A stretch of DNA of 64,000 nucleotides from Candidatus Oxydemutatoraceae bacterium (GCA_965220085.1 CBDCOZ010000003.1:1920001-1984000), one strand, 5' to 3'; numbered from the stretch's first letter, positions 19,047 through 30,450 are shown. The notes: generated by a model not told the origin, from the sequence alone. A program made the numbers and translations.

Positions 19047-19424
19047 GCCGCTTGCCCCGGCGCCCTCAGATGGCATCGTCGCCCGACTCGCCGGTTCTGA
19101 TACGAGTCGCCTCCTCAAGGTTGAAGACGAACACCTTGCCATCGCCGGTCTCGCCTTCGTTAGCCGCCTTGACCAGCGCGGTGGCGACAAGCAGCCAGGC
19201 GGTATCGCCGCTGTCCGCGCCGTTCGCCGCAACGGCGACAGCCGGCAAGCAGAACAGCATGGCAAAAGCCGCCAGCAATCGCCTTTTCATGCCGCTTCCC
19301 CCGACGCCCTCAGATGGCATCGTCGCCCGACTCGCCGGTTCTGATACGAGTCGCCTCCTCAAGGTTGAATACGAATACCTTGCCATCGCCGGTCTCGCCT
19401 TCGTTAGCCGCCTTGACCAGCGCG
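18927..19424. repeat. 244-bp tandem duplication of the glnK/amtB junction
   Basis: gaccagcgcg occurs at 18927, 19171 and 19415. Creates the chimeric ORF 19066-19290. Confidence 0.92.
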
Positions 19425-19648
19425 TCTTTGACAACGCCCGCATCTTTGTCGCTCACGGCGATTTCAAGTTTCAACTTGGGAATGAACTCCACCAGATACT
19501 CGGCGCCGCGATAGATTTCCGTATGCCCTTTCTGACGACCGAAGCCTTTCACTTCGCTAACGGTCATCCCTTTGATATCCGCTTTTGACAATGCCTCTCG
19601 CACGGCTTCAAACTTGGGCGGCTTGATAATGGCAACAATCATCTTCAT
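19310..19648 (-). CDS. glnK: P-II nitrogen regulator
   Basis: GFGRQKGHTEIYRGAEY and GDGKVF. Lies upstream of amtB. Confidence 0.95.
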   Translation of the reverse strand: MKMIVAIIKPPKFEAVREALSKADIKGMTVSEVKGFGRQKGHTEIYRGAEYLVEFIPKLKLEIAVSDKDAGVVKDALVKAANEGETGDGKVFVFNLEEATRIRTGESGDDAI

Positions 19649-19796
19649 CGTTCTTTCTCCGTCTGTAACAGCATAGCGCCTCGGTCATCCGGCGCGCCAG
19701 CGGACGCCCGCACCGCGCTTGCATCGTCATGGCGTAATCTTTTCATCGAATCGGACATCCTATCAGTATAGTGCCTGAGCGAAATAGCTTATAGCA

Positions 19797-20363
19797 TCAG
19801 GCTTTGGGCAGGGTGACCCCGACCTGCTTCTGGTATTTGCCCCTGCGGTCGCTGTAGGACGTTTCGCACACATCGTCGGATTCAAAGAAGAGCAACTGCG
19901 CGACCCCCTCGTTGGCATAGATCTTCGCCGGCAGCGGGGTCGTGTTGGAAAACTCCAGCGTGATATGCCCTTCCCATTCGGGTTCGAGCGGCGTGACATT
20001 GACGATGATGCCGCAACGCGCATACGTCGACTTGCCGACGCACACCGTCAGCACCGAGCGCGGAATGCGGAAGTACTCGACCGTGCTGGCCAGCGCAAAC
20101 GAGTTGGGCGGGATGATGCAAACATCGTTATCAAGAGGGACAAAGCTTTTTTCATCAAACTCTTTCGGGTCGACAACCGCCGAGTTGATATTGGTAAACA
20201 CCTTAAAGTGGCTGCTGCAACGGACATCATAACCATAGCTCGAAGTGCCGTAAGAAATCACCCTGCTCTGATCGATCGCGCTGACTTGCTTCGGCTCAAA
20301 GGGAGCAATCATATTGCGCTCTTGCGCCATCTTGCGTATCCACTTGTCGTTCTTGATCGCCAT
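19797..20363 (-). CDS. dcd: dCTP deaminase
   Basis: [11 protein letters not shown] and [23 protein letters not shown]. Confidence 0.96.
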   Translation of the reverse strand: MAIKNDKWIRKMAQERNMIAPFEPKQVSAIDQSRVISYGTSSYGYDVRCSSHFKVFTNINSAVVDPKEFDEKSFVPLDNDVCIIPPNSFALASTVEYFRIPRSVLTVCVGKSTYARCGIIVNVTPLEPEWEGHITLEFSNTTPLPAKIYANEGVAQLLFFESDDVCETSYSDRRGKYQKQVGVTLPKA

Positions 20364-20381
20364 GGCCGTTGCGCGGCGGGC

Positions 20382-21473
20382 TCAACTGCCGCTTGACACC
20401 ACAATCTTGGGGAACTTTGCCGAATAGTCTTTGTTCTGCATCGCAAGTTGCGCCGTCGCGCGCCGCGCCAACTCCTTGTATGTCTGCGCCAACTTGTCAT
20501 CGGGCGCGGCCACGACCGTCGGGTTGCCGCTGTCGGTCGTCTCGCGTATCGCGACATCGAGCGGCAGGCTGGCGAGCAGCCTCAAATCAAAATCGGCGGC
20601 CATCTTCTCGCCGCCGCCGCTGCCGAAAATGTGCTCCTCGTGACCGCACTTGCCACACACATGCGTGCTCATGTTCTCAACGATGCCAAGAATCGGCACA
20701 TCGACCTTTTTGAACATATTGACCCCCTTGCGCGCGTCGAGCAACGCGATGTCCTGCGGAGTCGTCACGATCAACGCGCCGCTGACCGGTATCTTCTGCG
20801 CCAACGTCAGTTGCACATCGCCGGTGCCGGGCGGCAGGTCGACGATCAGATAATCCATCTCGCGCCAGTTTGTGAAATTGAGCAACTGCTCCAGCGCCTG
20901 AGTGACCATCGGCCCGCGCCAGATCATCGGCGTTTCCTCGTCGATCAGAAAGCCGATCGACATCGCCTGAATGCCAAACTGCTCCATCGGTTCCAACCGC
21001 TGCCCGTCTTCCGAGTCGGGCTGGCCTTTGATGCCGAGCATGCTCGGCTGACTCGGCCCGTAGATATCCGCATCGAGGATGCCGACCGCCGCGCCCTCTG
21101 CGGCGATGGCCAGCGCGAGATTGACCGCCGTCGTCGACTTTCCGACCCCGCCTTTGCCCGATGCCACGGCGATGACATTCTTTATCTTCTCCATCGGCTT
21201 GAGGGTCTTCTGCACCGAGTGCGCCGTAATCGTCGCGCCCGCATCGACCTCCGCAGCAGCCGCGCCCAGCGCGCGCGCCGTTTCGGCAATCTGGCGCTCT
21301 AACTGCGGCAGGTAGCTTGCGGCCGGATAGCCGAGGCGGACGGTGATGCGCGCCCTGTCGCCTTCGATGGCGATGTCTTTGACCGCCTTGAGTGCGCCGA
21401 GCGTCGCATCGGCATTGGGATCAACAATCTCGTTAATCGCATCTTCAATCTTATCGCGGGCTAACTCTGCCAT
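20382..21473 (-). CDS. apbC: Fe-S cluster carrier ApbC/Mrp
   Basis: SGKGGVGKST, DADIYGPS, WRGPM, DLPPGTGD and CGKC. Confidence 0.95.
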   Translation of the reverse strand: MAELARDKIEDAINEIVDPNADATLGALKAVKDIAIEGDRARITVRLGYPAASYLPQLERQIAETARALGAAAAEVDAGATITAHSVQKTLKPMEKIKNVIAVASGKGGVGKSTTAVNLALAIAAEGAAVGILDADIYGPSQPSMLGIKGQPDSEDGQRLEPMEQFGIQAMSIGFLIDEETPMIWRGPMVTQALEQLLNFTNWREMDYLIVDLPPGTGDVQLTLAQKIPVSGALIVTTPQDIALLDARKGVNMFKKVDVPILGIVENMSTHVCGKCGHEEHIFGSGGGEKMAADFDLRLLASLPLDVAIRETTDSGNPTVVAAPDDKLAQTYKELARRATAQLAMQNKDYSAKFPKIVVSSGS

Positions 21474-21589
21474 TGGTTATCAAGTCTGTCGGGTCAATAT
21501 CAAGTAAGGTGCGACCATTATACTATACGCGACATTGCGCCGCGCACCGTCGAATGTGCGCAATCCTCGCACTGCCAACGGCGGGCAAT

Positions 21590-22835
21590 CAGGAATCACG
21601 CCGGAGATATTCCGGATGTCAGGCGGCAACAAAAACCGCGGGAGCCATGACACATCGGACACATCGGGCAGCGTGTGCGGCATGGGCGCTTGAAGATGCA
21701 ATCCGCACCGTGGTCGCCGGGTGTCACACGATAACAGAGAGTCTGTGCATTGCGGGGATGTCCGGTGCGCGAAGCAAAACGGCGCGCCGGATGCGGAAAG
21801 CGCGCGGTTGTCGCCAGACTGCCCGCCAGTCAGCCCATCACGGAGCGTGTCGGCGCCAGCGCCGACTCCGCCGCAACGGAAGTGTGAGAAGCGACTCTCG
21901 CAAGGGAGCGGCGGCTGCGCCCTTGCCGACTCTCGCAAGGAGAGTGCGTTGTTGGCGCAAGTCTCGCGAAGCGCTCGCGCTACCGCAGCGGGCCTTCGAG
22001 GAAGAGGCGCAGCCGCAAGCGCAGGCGCTCCGCCAAATTGATGGTCATCGTATAGTCGTCTTCGCTGTCTGTGGTGCCATCGTTTACGGTGAAGGCGAAA
22101 CTGTCGAAGTTGGGGCCGCCGGCGGAGTTGCCCGGGGGATAATAGGTGATGGCGCCGCCCATGATGTCAGCGACGGGCACAGACTGCCCTATGCTGGCGG
22201 CGCGGGCGTTGGCATGAGCGCGATCCAGAGTCGGAATGATGCCGACCGTATCGCCTTCGCGGTAGTTATGCGCGCTGTGGGCGCCGGCAAAGACAGCCGC
22301 CATGACACCGGTCAACCCGCCGCTGCAAACGCGGAAGCCGGACGCTATCAGGCGGCGGCCGATATCATGCGCAATGCGGTAGTTGGGCGCGTCTTCGGGC
22401 GTGCCGCTGTCGCCGATAACAGACACCATAAACCGCCGCGCGGGTTGCGATATTGCTCTTTGTTCCATCATGCCAGTGTATACAATAACAAGGATAGCAC
22501 GGCGGCGACGGCCATCCCCCCTTTCCGGCTCAAACCGGCGCCGCATAATGCCGGAAATATTCCGGATTCCTGACACCGACAAAAACCGCAGGAGCCATGA
22601 CACATTGGACACATGGGGCAAACATCGTGTGCCGCGGGCGCTCGAAGATTCAGTCCGCAGTGTGATTCGTTCGCGGTGTTTTGGCGCTAAACCATAACAG
22701 ATAGTCTGTTCATTGCGGTTTGGGATGTCTGCGGCGCGCATCAAAACGACGCGACAGATGCGGAAAGCGCGCGGTTGCCGCCAGACTGCCCGCCAGTCAG
22801 CCCCGTCACGGAGCGTGTCGGCGCCAGCGCCGAGG
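21590..22835. repeat. Two diverged copies of a ~270-bp element (about 21590-21865 and 22545-22835), each downstream of a FLEGPLR gene
   Basis: Shared aaaaaccgc.ggagccatgacacat.ggacacat and gcggaaagcgcgcggttg.cgccagactgcccgccagtcagccc. Confidence 0.75.
21980..22471 (-). CDS. Chimera: LOG/TIGR00725-like N terminus fused to a beta-rich FLEGPLR C terminus
   Basis: VSVIGDS...IGRRL...VCSGGLTGVM...TVGIIP, then [30 protein letters not shown]. Confidence 0.6.
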   Translation of the reverse strand: MMEQRAISQPARRFMVSVIGDSGTPEDAPNYRIAHDIGRRLIASGFRVCSGGLTGVMAAVFAGAHSAHNYREGDTVGIIPTLDRAHANARAASIGQSVPVADIMGGAITYYPPGNSAGGPNFDSFAFTVNDGTTDSEDDYTMTINLAERLRLRLRLFLEGPLR

Positions 22836-22845
22836 ATGGTTCGCG

Positions 22846-23988
22846 CTATCGCAGCGGGCCTTCAAGAAAGAGGCGCAGCCGCAAGCGTATGTCCACACTG
22901 GCCACTGCTATGCCGAAGGTCAGGGTGTCCGCATCGCTACTCGCGGTGTTGCTATCGGCATCCCTCGCTGTGTATGTGTATGTGGCGGCAGCGGTAGCAA
23001 CCGTGGGTGTGCCGCTGATGGTGCGGGTGGCCGGCACATAGCTGAGACCAGCGGGCAGGGCCGGGGACAGTGCATACGAGAGAGTGCCATTGCCGCCGCT
23101 GGCCGCAGGCAGGGTCAGGTCGGTGATGGCCGTGCCCACTTCCCAGGCCTGATCCTCAACAGATGCGCTGCCAAAGTCCGGTACCAGATCCGTGGCGGTG
23201 CATGTTTCGCCGCTGGCGCAAGTTACGGTGATGGTGAAAGTCAGGGTAGCTTCATCGCTGGACAGGGTATTGCTGTCACCATCGGCGAGCGTGTAGGTAT
23301 AGGATAGCGCAGTTGCGGTGGCGGTCGGTGTGCCGCTGATGGTACGGGTGGCGGCATCAAAGCTGAGGCCCGCAGGCAACGAGGACGGGGTCAGGGTATA
23401 GGTGTACGGAATCACGAGCGCGGTCGCAGCAGTGTTGAACAGGACATTGCCTATGTTGGCTCCGGGCAACACCAGAGCGGTGATGGCACTATGCGATGTC
23501 CAGGTCTGGTTGGCAATGGTTGCGCCATCGGCAAAGACCGGCGTCACATCGGCCTGCGCCGCGGCGCGGAATGTCAGCGTATCGGTATCGCCATCGGCGT
23601 CGGTGGCCGTGAGCGTGAAAGTGGCGGTGGCCAAAGACAACACCGGTCGGCCGCTGATAGTGCGGGTGGCCGCATCAAATCTGAGTCCTGTGGCAGACGT
23701 CAGAGTCGGCGACAGGCTGTAGGTGATGGTGCCATTGCCGCCGGTGGCCGCGGGCAAGACCAGATTGAGGTCCCGGTCGGTCAGCCAGATCAGGTCCGCA
23801 CCAGTGACCGCCGCGTTGCCAAAGTCCGGCGCGGTGTCCTGCGCATGCGCCTGAGCGCAGACAACAAACAGCGCCGGCAACATCAGCGACCAAAGACTCC
23901 CGCGGATCCGTGTTGCCGCGCCGTTGCGCGGAGTCATATCGGAATTTTGACAGTTCATATTTACGGTTTTAATAACGACATGTTTCAT
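22846..23988 (-). CDS. Secreted protein with three He_PIG/Ig-like repeats and FLEGPLR tail
   Basis: Signal ending AQAHA|Q. Repeats LPAAxGGNG.LxY...[18 protein letters not shown]. Confidence 0.8.
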   Translation of the reverse strand: MKHVVIKTVNMNCQNSDMTPRNGAATRIRGSLWSLMLPALFVVCAQAHAQDTAPDFGNAAVTGADLIWLTDRDLNLVLPAATGGNGTITYSLSPTLTSATGLRFDAATRTISGRPVLSLATATFTLTATDADGDTDTLTFRAAAQADVTPVFADGATIANQTWTSHSAITALVLPGANIGNVLFNTAATALVIPYTYTLTPSSLPAGLSFDAATRTISGTPTATATALSYTYTLADGDSNTLSSDEATLTFTITVTCASGETCTATDLVPDFGSASVEDQAWEVGTAITDLTLPAASGGNGTLSYALSPALPAGLSYVPATRTISGTPTVATAAATYTYTARDADSNTASSDADTLTFGIAVASVDIRLRLRLFLEGPLR

Positions 23989-24562
23989 GCATGCACGATT
24001 AGTGCCCTACTATACCATAAAACGCGCGTCATCCGCTCATGTCTTTGTATCTGCCGCATTCCTTGTGCGCCCCCGACGCTCGCCCTCTCCCTGCGGCGGC
24101 ATAGCCTGCCCCGTCCGCAATGTCTTTGTATCTTGCCGCATTCCTTCGCGCCCCTGCTCCCCTCCCCGCTGGCGGCAGAGCACAACGCCCGCCCCGTCTT
24201 GCAGGGGTTTAAGGCGAGGCATCCCGCGCATGGCTATGGCTGCCGCGCAAACGCCCATGCCACACACGATATTTGCCCCATGTGCCCGCCATGTCCTGTG
24301 CATCCCACACCCGCTTGACCTTCAAGCCGCCAAGCCTCCGCAACCCTTGCGCCGATACAGGTTTCCAGATCGCGCATCCCGCACACTGCCGCGGCTGCCG
24401 CGCAAGCGCCCATGCCGCAGCACAGCATTTTCCCCAAGCGCCCGCCATGTCCTGTGCATCCTGCGAATCATTGCGGGCGGATGCGCATCATGTAGAATAG
24501 ACGCTCAAAGCGGGTGTCGCCACGCGCCCCGCATCACCGCAAACGAGCAGGACATACCGACC

Positions 24563-26212
24563 ATGATGAGCCAAGATACCCGCGACATTCTGATAACCAG
24601 CGCGCTGCCCTACGCCAACGGCGAGATACATCTGGGGCACTTGGTCGAATACATCCAGACCGACATATGGGCGCGCTTTCAGAAACTGCGCGGGCATCGT
24701 TGCTACTACGTCTGCGCCGATGATGCGCACGGCACGCCGATCATGTTGTACGCGCGGCAACACGACATCACGCCGGAGGAACTGATAGCAAAAATGCGCA
24801 AAGCCCATATCCGCGACTTTGAAGCCTTTGACATTGGCTTTGACAACTACTACACGACGCACTCAAAGGAGAACTACGAATTCTCGCGCGATATTTTTGA
24901 ACGCCTGCGACCGCATATCACAAAGCGCGCCATCTGGCAGGCGTACGATGAGAAGGCCGGCATGTTCCTGCCCGACCGCTTCATCCGCGGGCAATGCCCC
25001 AAGTGCGGCGCCGAAGATCAGTATGGCGACTGCTGCGAAGCGTGCGGCGCGACCTATGCGGCCGACAGCCTGATTAACCCGGTTTCGGTTCTCAGCGGCG
25101 ACGCGCCGAGCAAGCGCGAATCGGAGCACCTCTTTTTCAAGCTCAGCGACTTTGAGGCCGACCTCAGGGAGTGGGTGCGCGGCAGCTCGGTGCAAAACGA
25201 GATCAGCAACAAGATCAGCGAGTGGTTTGAAGTCGGCTTGCAGGACTGGGATATTTCCAGAGACGCCCCCTACTTCGGGTTCAAGATTCCGGGCTATGAC
25301 GACAAGTATTTTTATGTCTGGCTTGACGCGCCGATCGGATACATGGCGAGCTTTAAGGACCTCTGCAACCGCACCGGCTTGGACTTTGATCACTTTTGGC
25401 GCGAAGGCAGCGACGCCGAGCTACACCACTTTATCGGCAAAGACATCGCGTATTTCCACACGCTGTTTTGGCCCGCCATGCTCAAAGGCGCGGGCTTGCG
25501 CCTGCCGAACGCCGTTCGCTGTCACGGCTTTCTCACCATCAACGGCAAGAAGATGTCCAAGTCCCGCGGCACTTTCATCACCGCGCGGGCGTATCTGGAG
25601 CATCTGCGCCCCGATTATCTGCGCTACTACTTCGCCGCGCACATAAACGGCAGCATAGAAGACATCGACCTCAATCTGGACGACTTCAGGCAACGCGTGA
25701 ACAGCGACATGGTCGGCAAGTTCATCAACATCGCCAGCAGATGCGCCGGCTTTATCAACAAGCGCTTTGACGACCGCATACTGTGCGGCGATGCGTTGCT
25801 GCAACACGAACTCTATCGCGCAAGCGTCCGCCGCGGCGAAGACATCGCGGCGGCCTATGACGCGCTCGATTACGCGGCGGCAATCCGCGCAATCATGGCG
25901 CTCGCCGACGATGCCAACCGCTACATCGAGCGCAACAAGCCGTGGGAAGTCGCAAAACGCGACGGCGCCGACGCGCAACTGCATGAGATTTGCAGCCTCG
26001 GGCTGCTCCTTTTCGCGCGCCTCGTGTTGTGCCTGAAGCCCGTGTTGCCGCGCAGTTGCGCCCAATGCGAAGACTTTTTGCAGTGCCGGTTTGAGAGATG
26101 GGACGACAATCCGTTTGCGGGCAAAACGACGCACGCGATAAAACGCTTCGCCGCGTTGATCTCCAGAATAGAAGCGGCGCAGGTTGCCGCGCTGACAAAC
26201 GCCGCGGATTGA
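24563..26212 (+). CDS. metG: Methionine-tRNA ligase (lacks the C-terminal tRNA-binding appendix)
   Basis: [13 protein letters not shown], Zn knuckles, [10 protein letters not shown] and KMSKS. Confidence 0.96.
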   Translation: MMSQDTRDILITSALPYANGEIHLGHLVEYIQTDIWARFQKLRGHRCYYVCADDAHGTPIMLYARQHDITPEELIAKMRKAHIRDFEAFDIGFDNYYTTHSKENYEFSRDIFERLRPHITKRAIWQAYDEKAGMFLPDRFIRGQCPKCGAEDQYGDCCEACGATYAADSLINPVSVLSGDAPSKRESEHLFFKLSDFEADLREWVRGSSVQNEISNKISEWFEVGLQDWDISRDAPYFGFKIPGYDDKYFYVWLDAPIGYMASFKDLCNRTGLDFDHFWREGSDAELHHFIGKDIAYFHTLFWPAMLKGAGLRLPNAVRCHGFLTINGKKMSKSRGTFITARAYLEHLRPDYLRYYFAAHINGSIEDIDLNLDDFRQRVNSDMVGKFINIASRCAGFINKRFDDRILCGDALLQHELYRASVRRGEDIAAAYDALDYAAAIRAIMALADDANRYIERNKPWEVAKRDGADAQLHEICSLGLLLFARLVLCLKPVLPRSCAQCEDFLQCRFERWDDNPFAGKTTHAIKRFAALISRIEAAQVAALTNAAD

Positions 26213-26214
26213 AA

Positions 26215-26790
26215 ATGACAGAGGCCGTTCTGATTATCATCAACGCCGCCTTGATCAACAACTTTGTGCTGGTTAAGTTTCTCGGGCTGTGTCCGCTGAT
26301 GGGAACCTCGCGGCGGCTCGACAGCGCGCTGGGCATGGCGGGCGCGACCCTGATCGTGCTGACGACCGCTTCCGCCATCAGTTATCCGCTGAACCGCTTC
26401 GTGCTGGCGCCGAATCAACTGGAGTTTTTGCAGACCCTGAGTTTCATTCTGGTCATCGCGATGGTCGTGCAACTGATAAAGACCCTCATCCGCCGCGCCG
26501 ACCCCCTGTTGCATAACCGGCTCGGCATTTACCTGCCGCTGATTACCACCAATTGCGCGGTGCTCGGCATCGCATTGCTCAACGCCCGCGCGGCGAGCGG
26601 TTTCGGCGAAGCCGTGCTGACCGGCCTCGGCGCGTCGCTCGGTTTCGCGCTGGTGCTCGTTGCCTTTGCCGGCATGCGCGAGAAACTGGAATACAGCGCC
26701 ATCCCCGCCCTGTTGCGAGGCGCGCCGATAGCGCTGATTACCGCGGGGATCATGTCGCTTGCGTTTGCCGGCTTTGGCGGGCTTGCCTGA
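26215..26790 (+). CDS. rnfA: Rnf/Rsx complex subunit A
   Basis: NNFVLVKFLGLCP and LPLITTNCAVLG. Confidence 0.93.
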   Translation: MTEAVLIIINAALINNFVLVKFLGLCPLMGTSRRLDSALGMAGATLIVLTTASAISYPLNRFVLAPNQLEFLQTLSFILVIAMVVQLIKTLIRRADPLLHNRLGIYLPLITTNCAVLGIALLNARAASGFGEAVLTGLGASLGFALVLVAFAGMREKLEYSAIPALLRGAPIALITAGIMSLAFAGFGGLA

Positions 26791-27683
26791 TGCTGATCGC
26801 TGTTCTCACATTGGGCGCGTTCGCGTTTGTCACGGCGCTGATACTGGGGCTTGCATCGCGCCGCCTCGCCGGCGACGATGATGCGCTGACAGAGCGCGTC
26901 AATCAACTGTTGCCGCAAAGCCAATGCGCCCAGTGCGGCTATCCCGGGTGCCGGCCTTATGCGCAAGCCATCGCGCGAGAACAAGCGCCGATAGACCTCT
27001 GCCCGCCGGGCGGCGCGGCGACAGTGTCGGCATTGCAACGGCTGCTCGACAAGGAACAGCCGGCGCGGGCGGCCATGGGCGATGCCGCCGAAGCGGTCGC
27101 AAAAATTCGCGAACAGGACTGCATCGGTTGCGCGCTTTGCGCACAAGCGTGTCCGGTCGATGCGATTGTCGGCGCGCCGCAATGGATGCACACCGTGATC
27201 GAAGCCGACTGCACCGGCTGCGAGCTGTGCATCGCGCCGTGTCCGGTCGATTGCATTGAGATGGAAACGCGCGAAGCGCGACAGACTGCGGCGCCGGTCG
27301 CGCCGTTGCCGTGCATCCGTTGCGACGCCTGCTCTGTTTCGTGTCCGGCGGCGCTCGATGCGCAACGGTTGTATCAACTCGCCGCGGGCGGGCAAGCGCA
27401 AGCGGCGGCGGATGCCGGACTCGGCGACTGCATCGAATGCGAGGCGTGCGAGGAAGCATGCCCCAGCGAAATACCGTTGCTCGCTTTCTTTCGCCACACC
27501 CGCGCGCAAGCCGATGCGGCCGCGCAACGACAGCGACAGGCAAACATCCGGCAGCAACGTTATGAAGCGCGGAATGCGCGGCTGGCACGGCAAGAGAGCG
27601 AGACGCAAGAGGCGGCGCAAGCGCAAAAGCGCCGGCTGAAAGAAAAGATCATGCAAAAACCGATACTGTTTGATCACCGATGA
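26790..27683 (+). CDS. rnfB: RnfB fused to an RnfC-like C-terminal 2x[4Fe-4S] domain
   Basis: LPQSQCAQCGYPGC, CIGCALC..CP and CTGCELC..CP, followed by PCIRCDAC...CP and DCIECEAC...CPSEIPL. Confidence 0.85.
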   Translation: MLIAVLTLGAFAFVTALILGLASRRLAGDDDALTERVNQLLPQSQCAQCGYPGCRPYAQAIAREQAPIDLCPPGGAATVSALQRLLDKEQPARAAMGDAAEAVAKIREQDCIGCALCAQACPVDAIVGAPQWMHTVIEADCTGCELCIAPCPVDCIEMETREARQTAAPVAPLPCIRCDACSVSCPAALDAQRLYQLAAGGQAQAAADAGLGDCIECEACEEACPSEIPLLAFFRHTRAQADAAAQRQRQANIRQQRYEARNARLARQESETQEAAQAQKRRLKEKIMQKPILFDHR

Positions 27684-28627
27684 CCGCTTCCGCACCGTTG
27701 CAAGCGCCACAGCGCATGATGCGGCTCACGCTGCTCGCATTGGCGCCGGGAACCATCGCGATGTGTGCGACCTTCGGATACGGCGTCGCCATCAATCTCG
27801 CGATCGCAATCCTCGCCGCCGTCGCCGCCGAAGCGATCGCGCTCAAACTGAGAAAAATACCGCCGTTGCATTTTCTGCGCGACGGCAGCGCGGCGCTCAC
27901 CGGCGTGTTGCTCGCGTTGGCGCTGCCGCCGCACTTGCCGTGGTGGATACCCGCGATCGCGGCGGTCGCGGCGATCGGACTGGGCAAACAAATCTATGGC
28001 GGCCTCGGCAACAACCTGTTCAATCCGGCGATGCTCGGCTACTGCATCGTCTTAATCGCATGGCCGTTGCACCTCACCGCCTGGCCCGACCAATCCGCCA
28101 TGGCGCAAGGCTTTGACCTCGCTCTGGCCGTTCAATACGCCGGCAACCACAGCGGGGAAATACTCGCGGCGGCGATGACCGGCGCGACGCCGCTTGAAAG
28201 CTGGCGCAGCACAGCGCCGGCGCCTTATGATGCGGTCACCGCCGCGCTGCAGTGGAATCTGATCAATGTCGCTTTTGCGCTGGGCGGCGTGTGGCTTATC
28301 TTCAAAGGCGTTATCAGTTGGCACATACCGGCGGCGATGGCGCTCACCGTCGCGCTGATGGCGCTGCTGATACAAGGCGACTTGCACTCGCTCAAGTTGA
28401 ATCTGCTCAGCGGCGCGACCATGCTCGGCGCGTTTTTTATCGCGACCGACCCCGCGACATCGCCGCGCGCCCCCCATGCGATGTTGCTGTTTGGCATCGG
28501 AACGGCGGCGTTGCTGGTGTTAATCCGCAGTTTCGGCGACTACGCCGACGGCCTCGCCTTTGCCGTATTAATCATGAACACGCTCGTGCCCCTGTCGGAG
28601 CGGATATCATCGCGCCATGCGACATAA
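27680..28627 (+). CDS. rnfD: Rnf subunit D
   Basis: KQIYGGLGNNLFNPAM, TGATPL and FFIATDP. Confidence 0.93.
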   Translation: MTASAPLQAPQRMMRLTLLALAPGTIAMCATFGYGVAINLAIAILAAVAAEAIALKLRKIPPLHFLRDGSAALTGVLLALALPPHLPWWIPAIAAVAAIGLGKQIYGGLGNNLFNPAMLGYCIVLIAWPLHLTAWPDQSAMAQGFDLALAVQYAGNHSGEILAAAMTGATPLESWRSTAPAPYDAVTAALQWNLINVAFALGGVWLIFKGVISWHIPAAMALTVALMALLIQGDLHSLKLNLLSGATMLGAFFIATDPATSPRAPHAMLLFGIGTAALLVLIRSFGDYADGLAFAVLIMNTLVPLSERISSRHAT

Positions 28628-29177
28628 AGACATCATCCGCTCGGCGCTGACCCTGACCGCGCTGACCATAGGCGCCGCGGCCTTGTTGATATGGACGGCA
28701 CAACTCAGTCAGGAGCGACGGACGCTCGCGCGCGACGACTACCGGCTCAAAGTCATTGCCCAAGCCTTTCCCGCCGGCTTTGACAACGACCCGGTCAAAG
28801 AAGCCGCGCGGCGCGCCGACGGCGACGCCATCTACCCGCTGTACCGCAACGACGACTTGATAGGCTATGCCATTGAAACCGTCGCGGAAGACGGCTATAG
28901 CGGCGATATACGCCTGCTCATCGCGCTGGATGAAAACCATAGAATCCTATCGGTGCGGGCGTTGGCGCACCGGGAAACACCGGGGCTCGGCGACCGCATC
29001 GATGCGACAGACGGTTGGATGAGGGGCTTCAACGGCATGCACGGCGGATTAGGCGATGCGGATTGGACGCTGATGAGCGACGGCGGACGCCTCGGCAACC
29101 TGACCGGCGCCAGCATCACCGCGCGCGCGGTGCGCAATCGGGTGCGGATGGCGCTGTCGCAAGAGGACAACCGATGA
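28617..29177 (+). CDS. rnfG: Rnf subunit G
   Basis: GYSGDI, HRETPGLGD and TGASIT. Confidence 0.9.
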   Translation: MRHKDIIRSALTLTALTIGAAALLIWTAQLSQERRTLARDDYRLKVIAQAFPAGFDNDPVKEAARRADGDAIYPLYRNDDLIGYAIETVAEDGYSGDIRLLIALDENHRILSVRALAHRETPGLGDRIDATDGWMRGFNGMHGGLGDADWTLMSDGGRLGNLTGASITARAVRNRVRMALSQEDNR

Positions 29178-29812
29178 GAACGACGAATCATGCCGTCTAT
29201 CCGCTAAAACCCGCGCAAGAAACATCGTGGCATGCCATTCTGCTGCGCGGGATATGGTCGGAGAACCCGGCCACTATCCGCCTGCTGGGGCTCTGCCCTT
29301 TGCTGGCGGTAACGACTACTTTGAATAACGGCATTGTGCTCGGGCTTGCCAGCGCTGTGACGGTAACCATCGCTTGTCTGCTCGCTTCGCTGCTCAGATA
29401 CAAACTCAGTCCGCTCATCCGCCTGCCGGCGTGTATCGTCATCATCGCGGCGATTGTCGGCTGTATCGATCTGTGGCTTGAAGCATTCTTCTATGAGATG
29501 CATCGCGCGCTCGGCTTATTCATCCCGCTTATCGTGACCAACTGCGCGATCGCCGCCCGCGCCGAATCGTTTGCGGCAAAAAATCCGCCGCTGGCGGCGA
29601 CACTCGACGGCATCGGCTGCGGCATCGGCATCACGTTGGCGCTATCCGCCGTCGGCGCCCTGCGCGAACTGCTGCATGCCGGCAGCCTGACAGCGGGCGA
29701 TGCGCTCGCCCAGCCGCTGTTTCTGGTCGCGGTCTTGCCCGCCGGCGGGTTTTTCTGTCTGGCTTTGTTGGTTATCCTGCAAAGAGCCGTTGCCTCGCAC
29801 AGCAACCGATGA
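29174..29812 (+). CDS. rnfE: Rnf subunit E
   Basis: LLGLCPLLAVT and FIPLIVTNC. Confidence 0.92.
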   Translation: MRTTNHAVYPLKPAQETSWHAILLRGIWSENPATIRLLGLCPLLAVTTTLNNGIVLGLASAVTVTIACLLASLLRYKLSPLIRLPACIVIIAAIVGCIDLWLEAFFYEMHRALGLFIPLIVTNCAIAARAESFAAKNPPLAATLDGIGCGIGITLALSAVGALRELLHAGSLTAGDALAQPLFLVAVLPAGGFFCLALLVILQRAVASHSNR

Positions 29813-30450
29813 AAACCGCGGACATTGAAAAAGCCTTCGCGCGCTTCCGGAGAAAAAAGCCGAAGCCGCTGACCGAGCTCAATTACGATTCTTACTTTGA
29901 ACTGCTCGTGGCCGTCATCCTGTCGGCACAAGCGACCGATGTCAGCGTCAACAAAGCGACCGCCAAGCTGTTCAAAGAAGCGAACACTCCGCAGAAAATG
30001 CTCAAGCTCGGCAAGCGCAAATTAAAAAGTCATATAAAGACCATCGGCCTGTTCAATGCCAAAGCCGATAACATCATGGCAACGTGCCGCCTGCTAATCG
30101 ACGAACACAACGGGCGGGTGCCCGATACCAGAGAGGCGCTGGCAAAACTTCCCGGCGTCGGGCGCAAGACGGCGAATGTCGTGCTCAACAACGCCTTCGG
30201 GCAGCCGACTATCGCCGTGGATACGCATATTTTCAGAGTGGCAAACCGCACCCGCATGGCGCCGGGCAAGACGCCGCGGGCGGTGGAGGACACGCTCTTA
30301 AAGCGCGTACCGGACAAATTCAAATTGCACGCGCACCACTGGCTGATACTACACGGGCGCTATACCTGTCTGGCGCGCAAACCGCTGTGCGGCGATTGCA
30401 TCATCCGTGACCTGTGCCAATATCCCGACAAAAACGATTGCAAAGCATAA
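29809..30450 (+). CDS. nth: Endonuclease III
   Basis: LSAQATD, LPGVGRKTANV, VDTH and a C-terminal Cys cluster. Confidence 0.96.
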   Translation: MKTADIEKAFARFRRKKPKPLTELNYDSYFELLVAVILSAQATDVSVNKATAKLFKEANTPQKMLKLGKRKLKSHIKTIGLFNAKADNIMATCRLLIDEHNGRVPDTREALAKLPGVGRKTANVVLNNAFGQPTIAVDTHIFRVANRTRMAPGKTPRAVEDTLLKRVPDKFKLHAHHWLILHGRYTCLARKPLCGDCIIRDLCQYPDKNDCKA

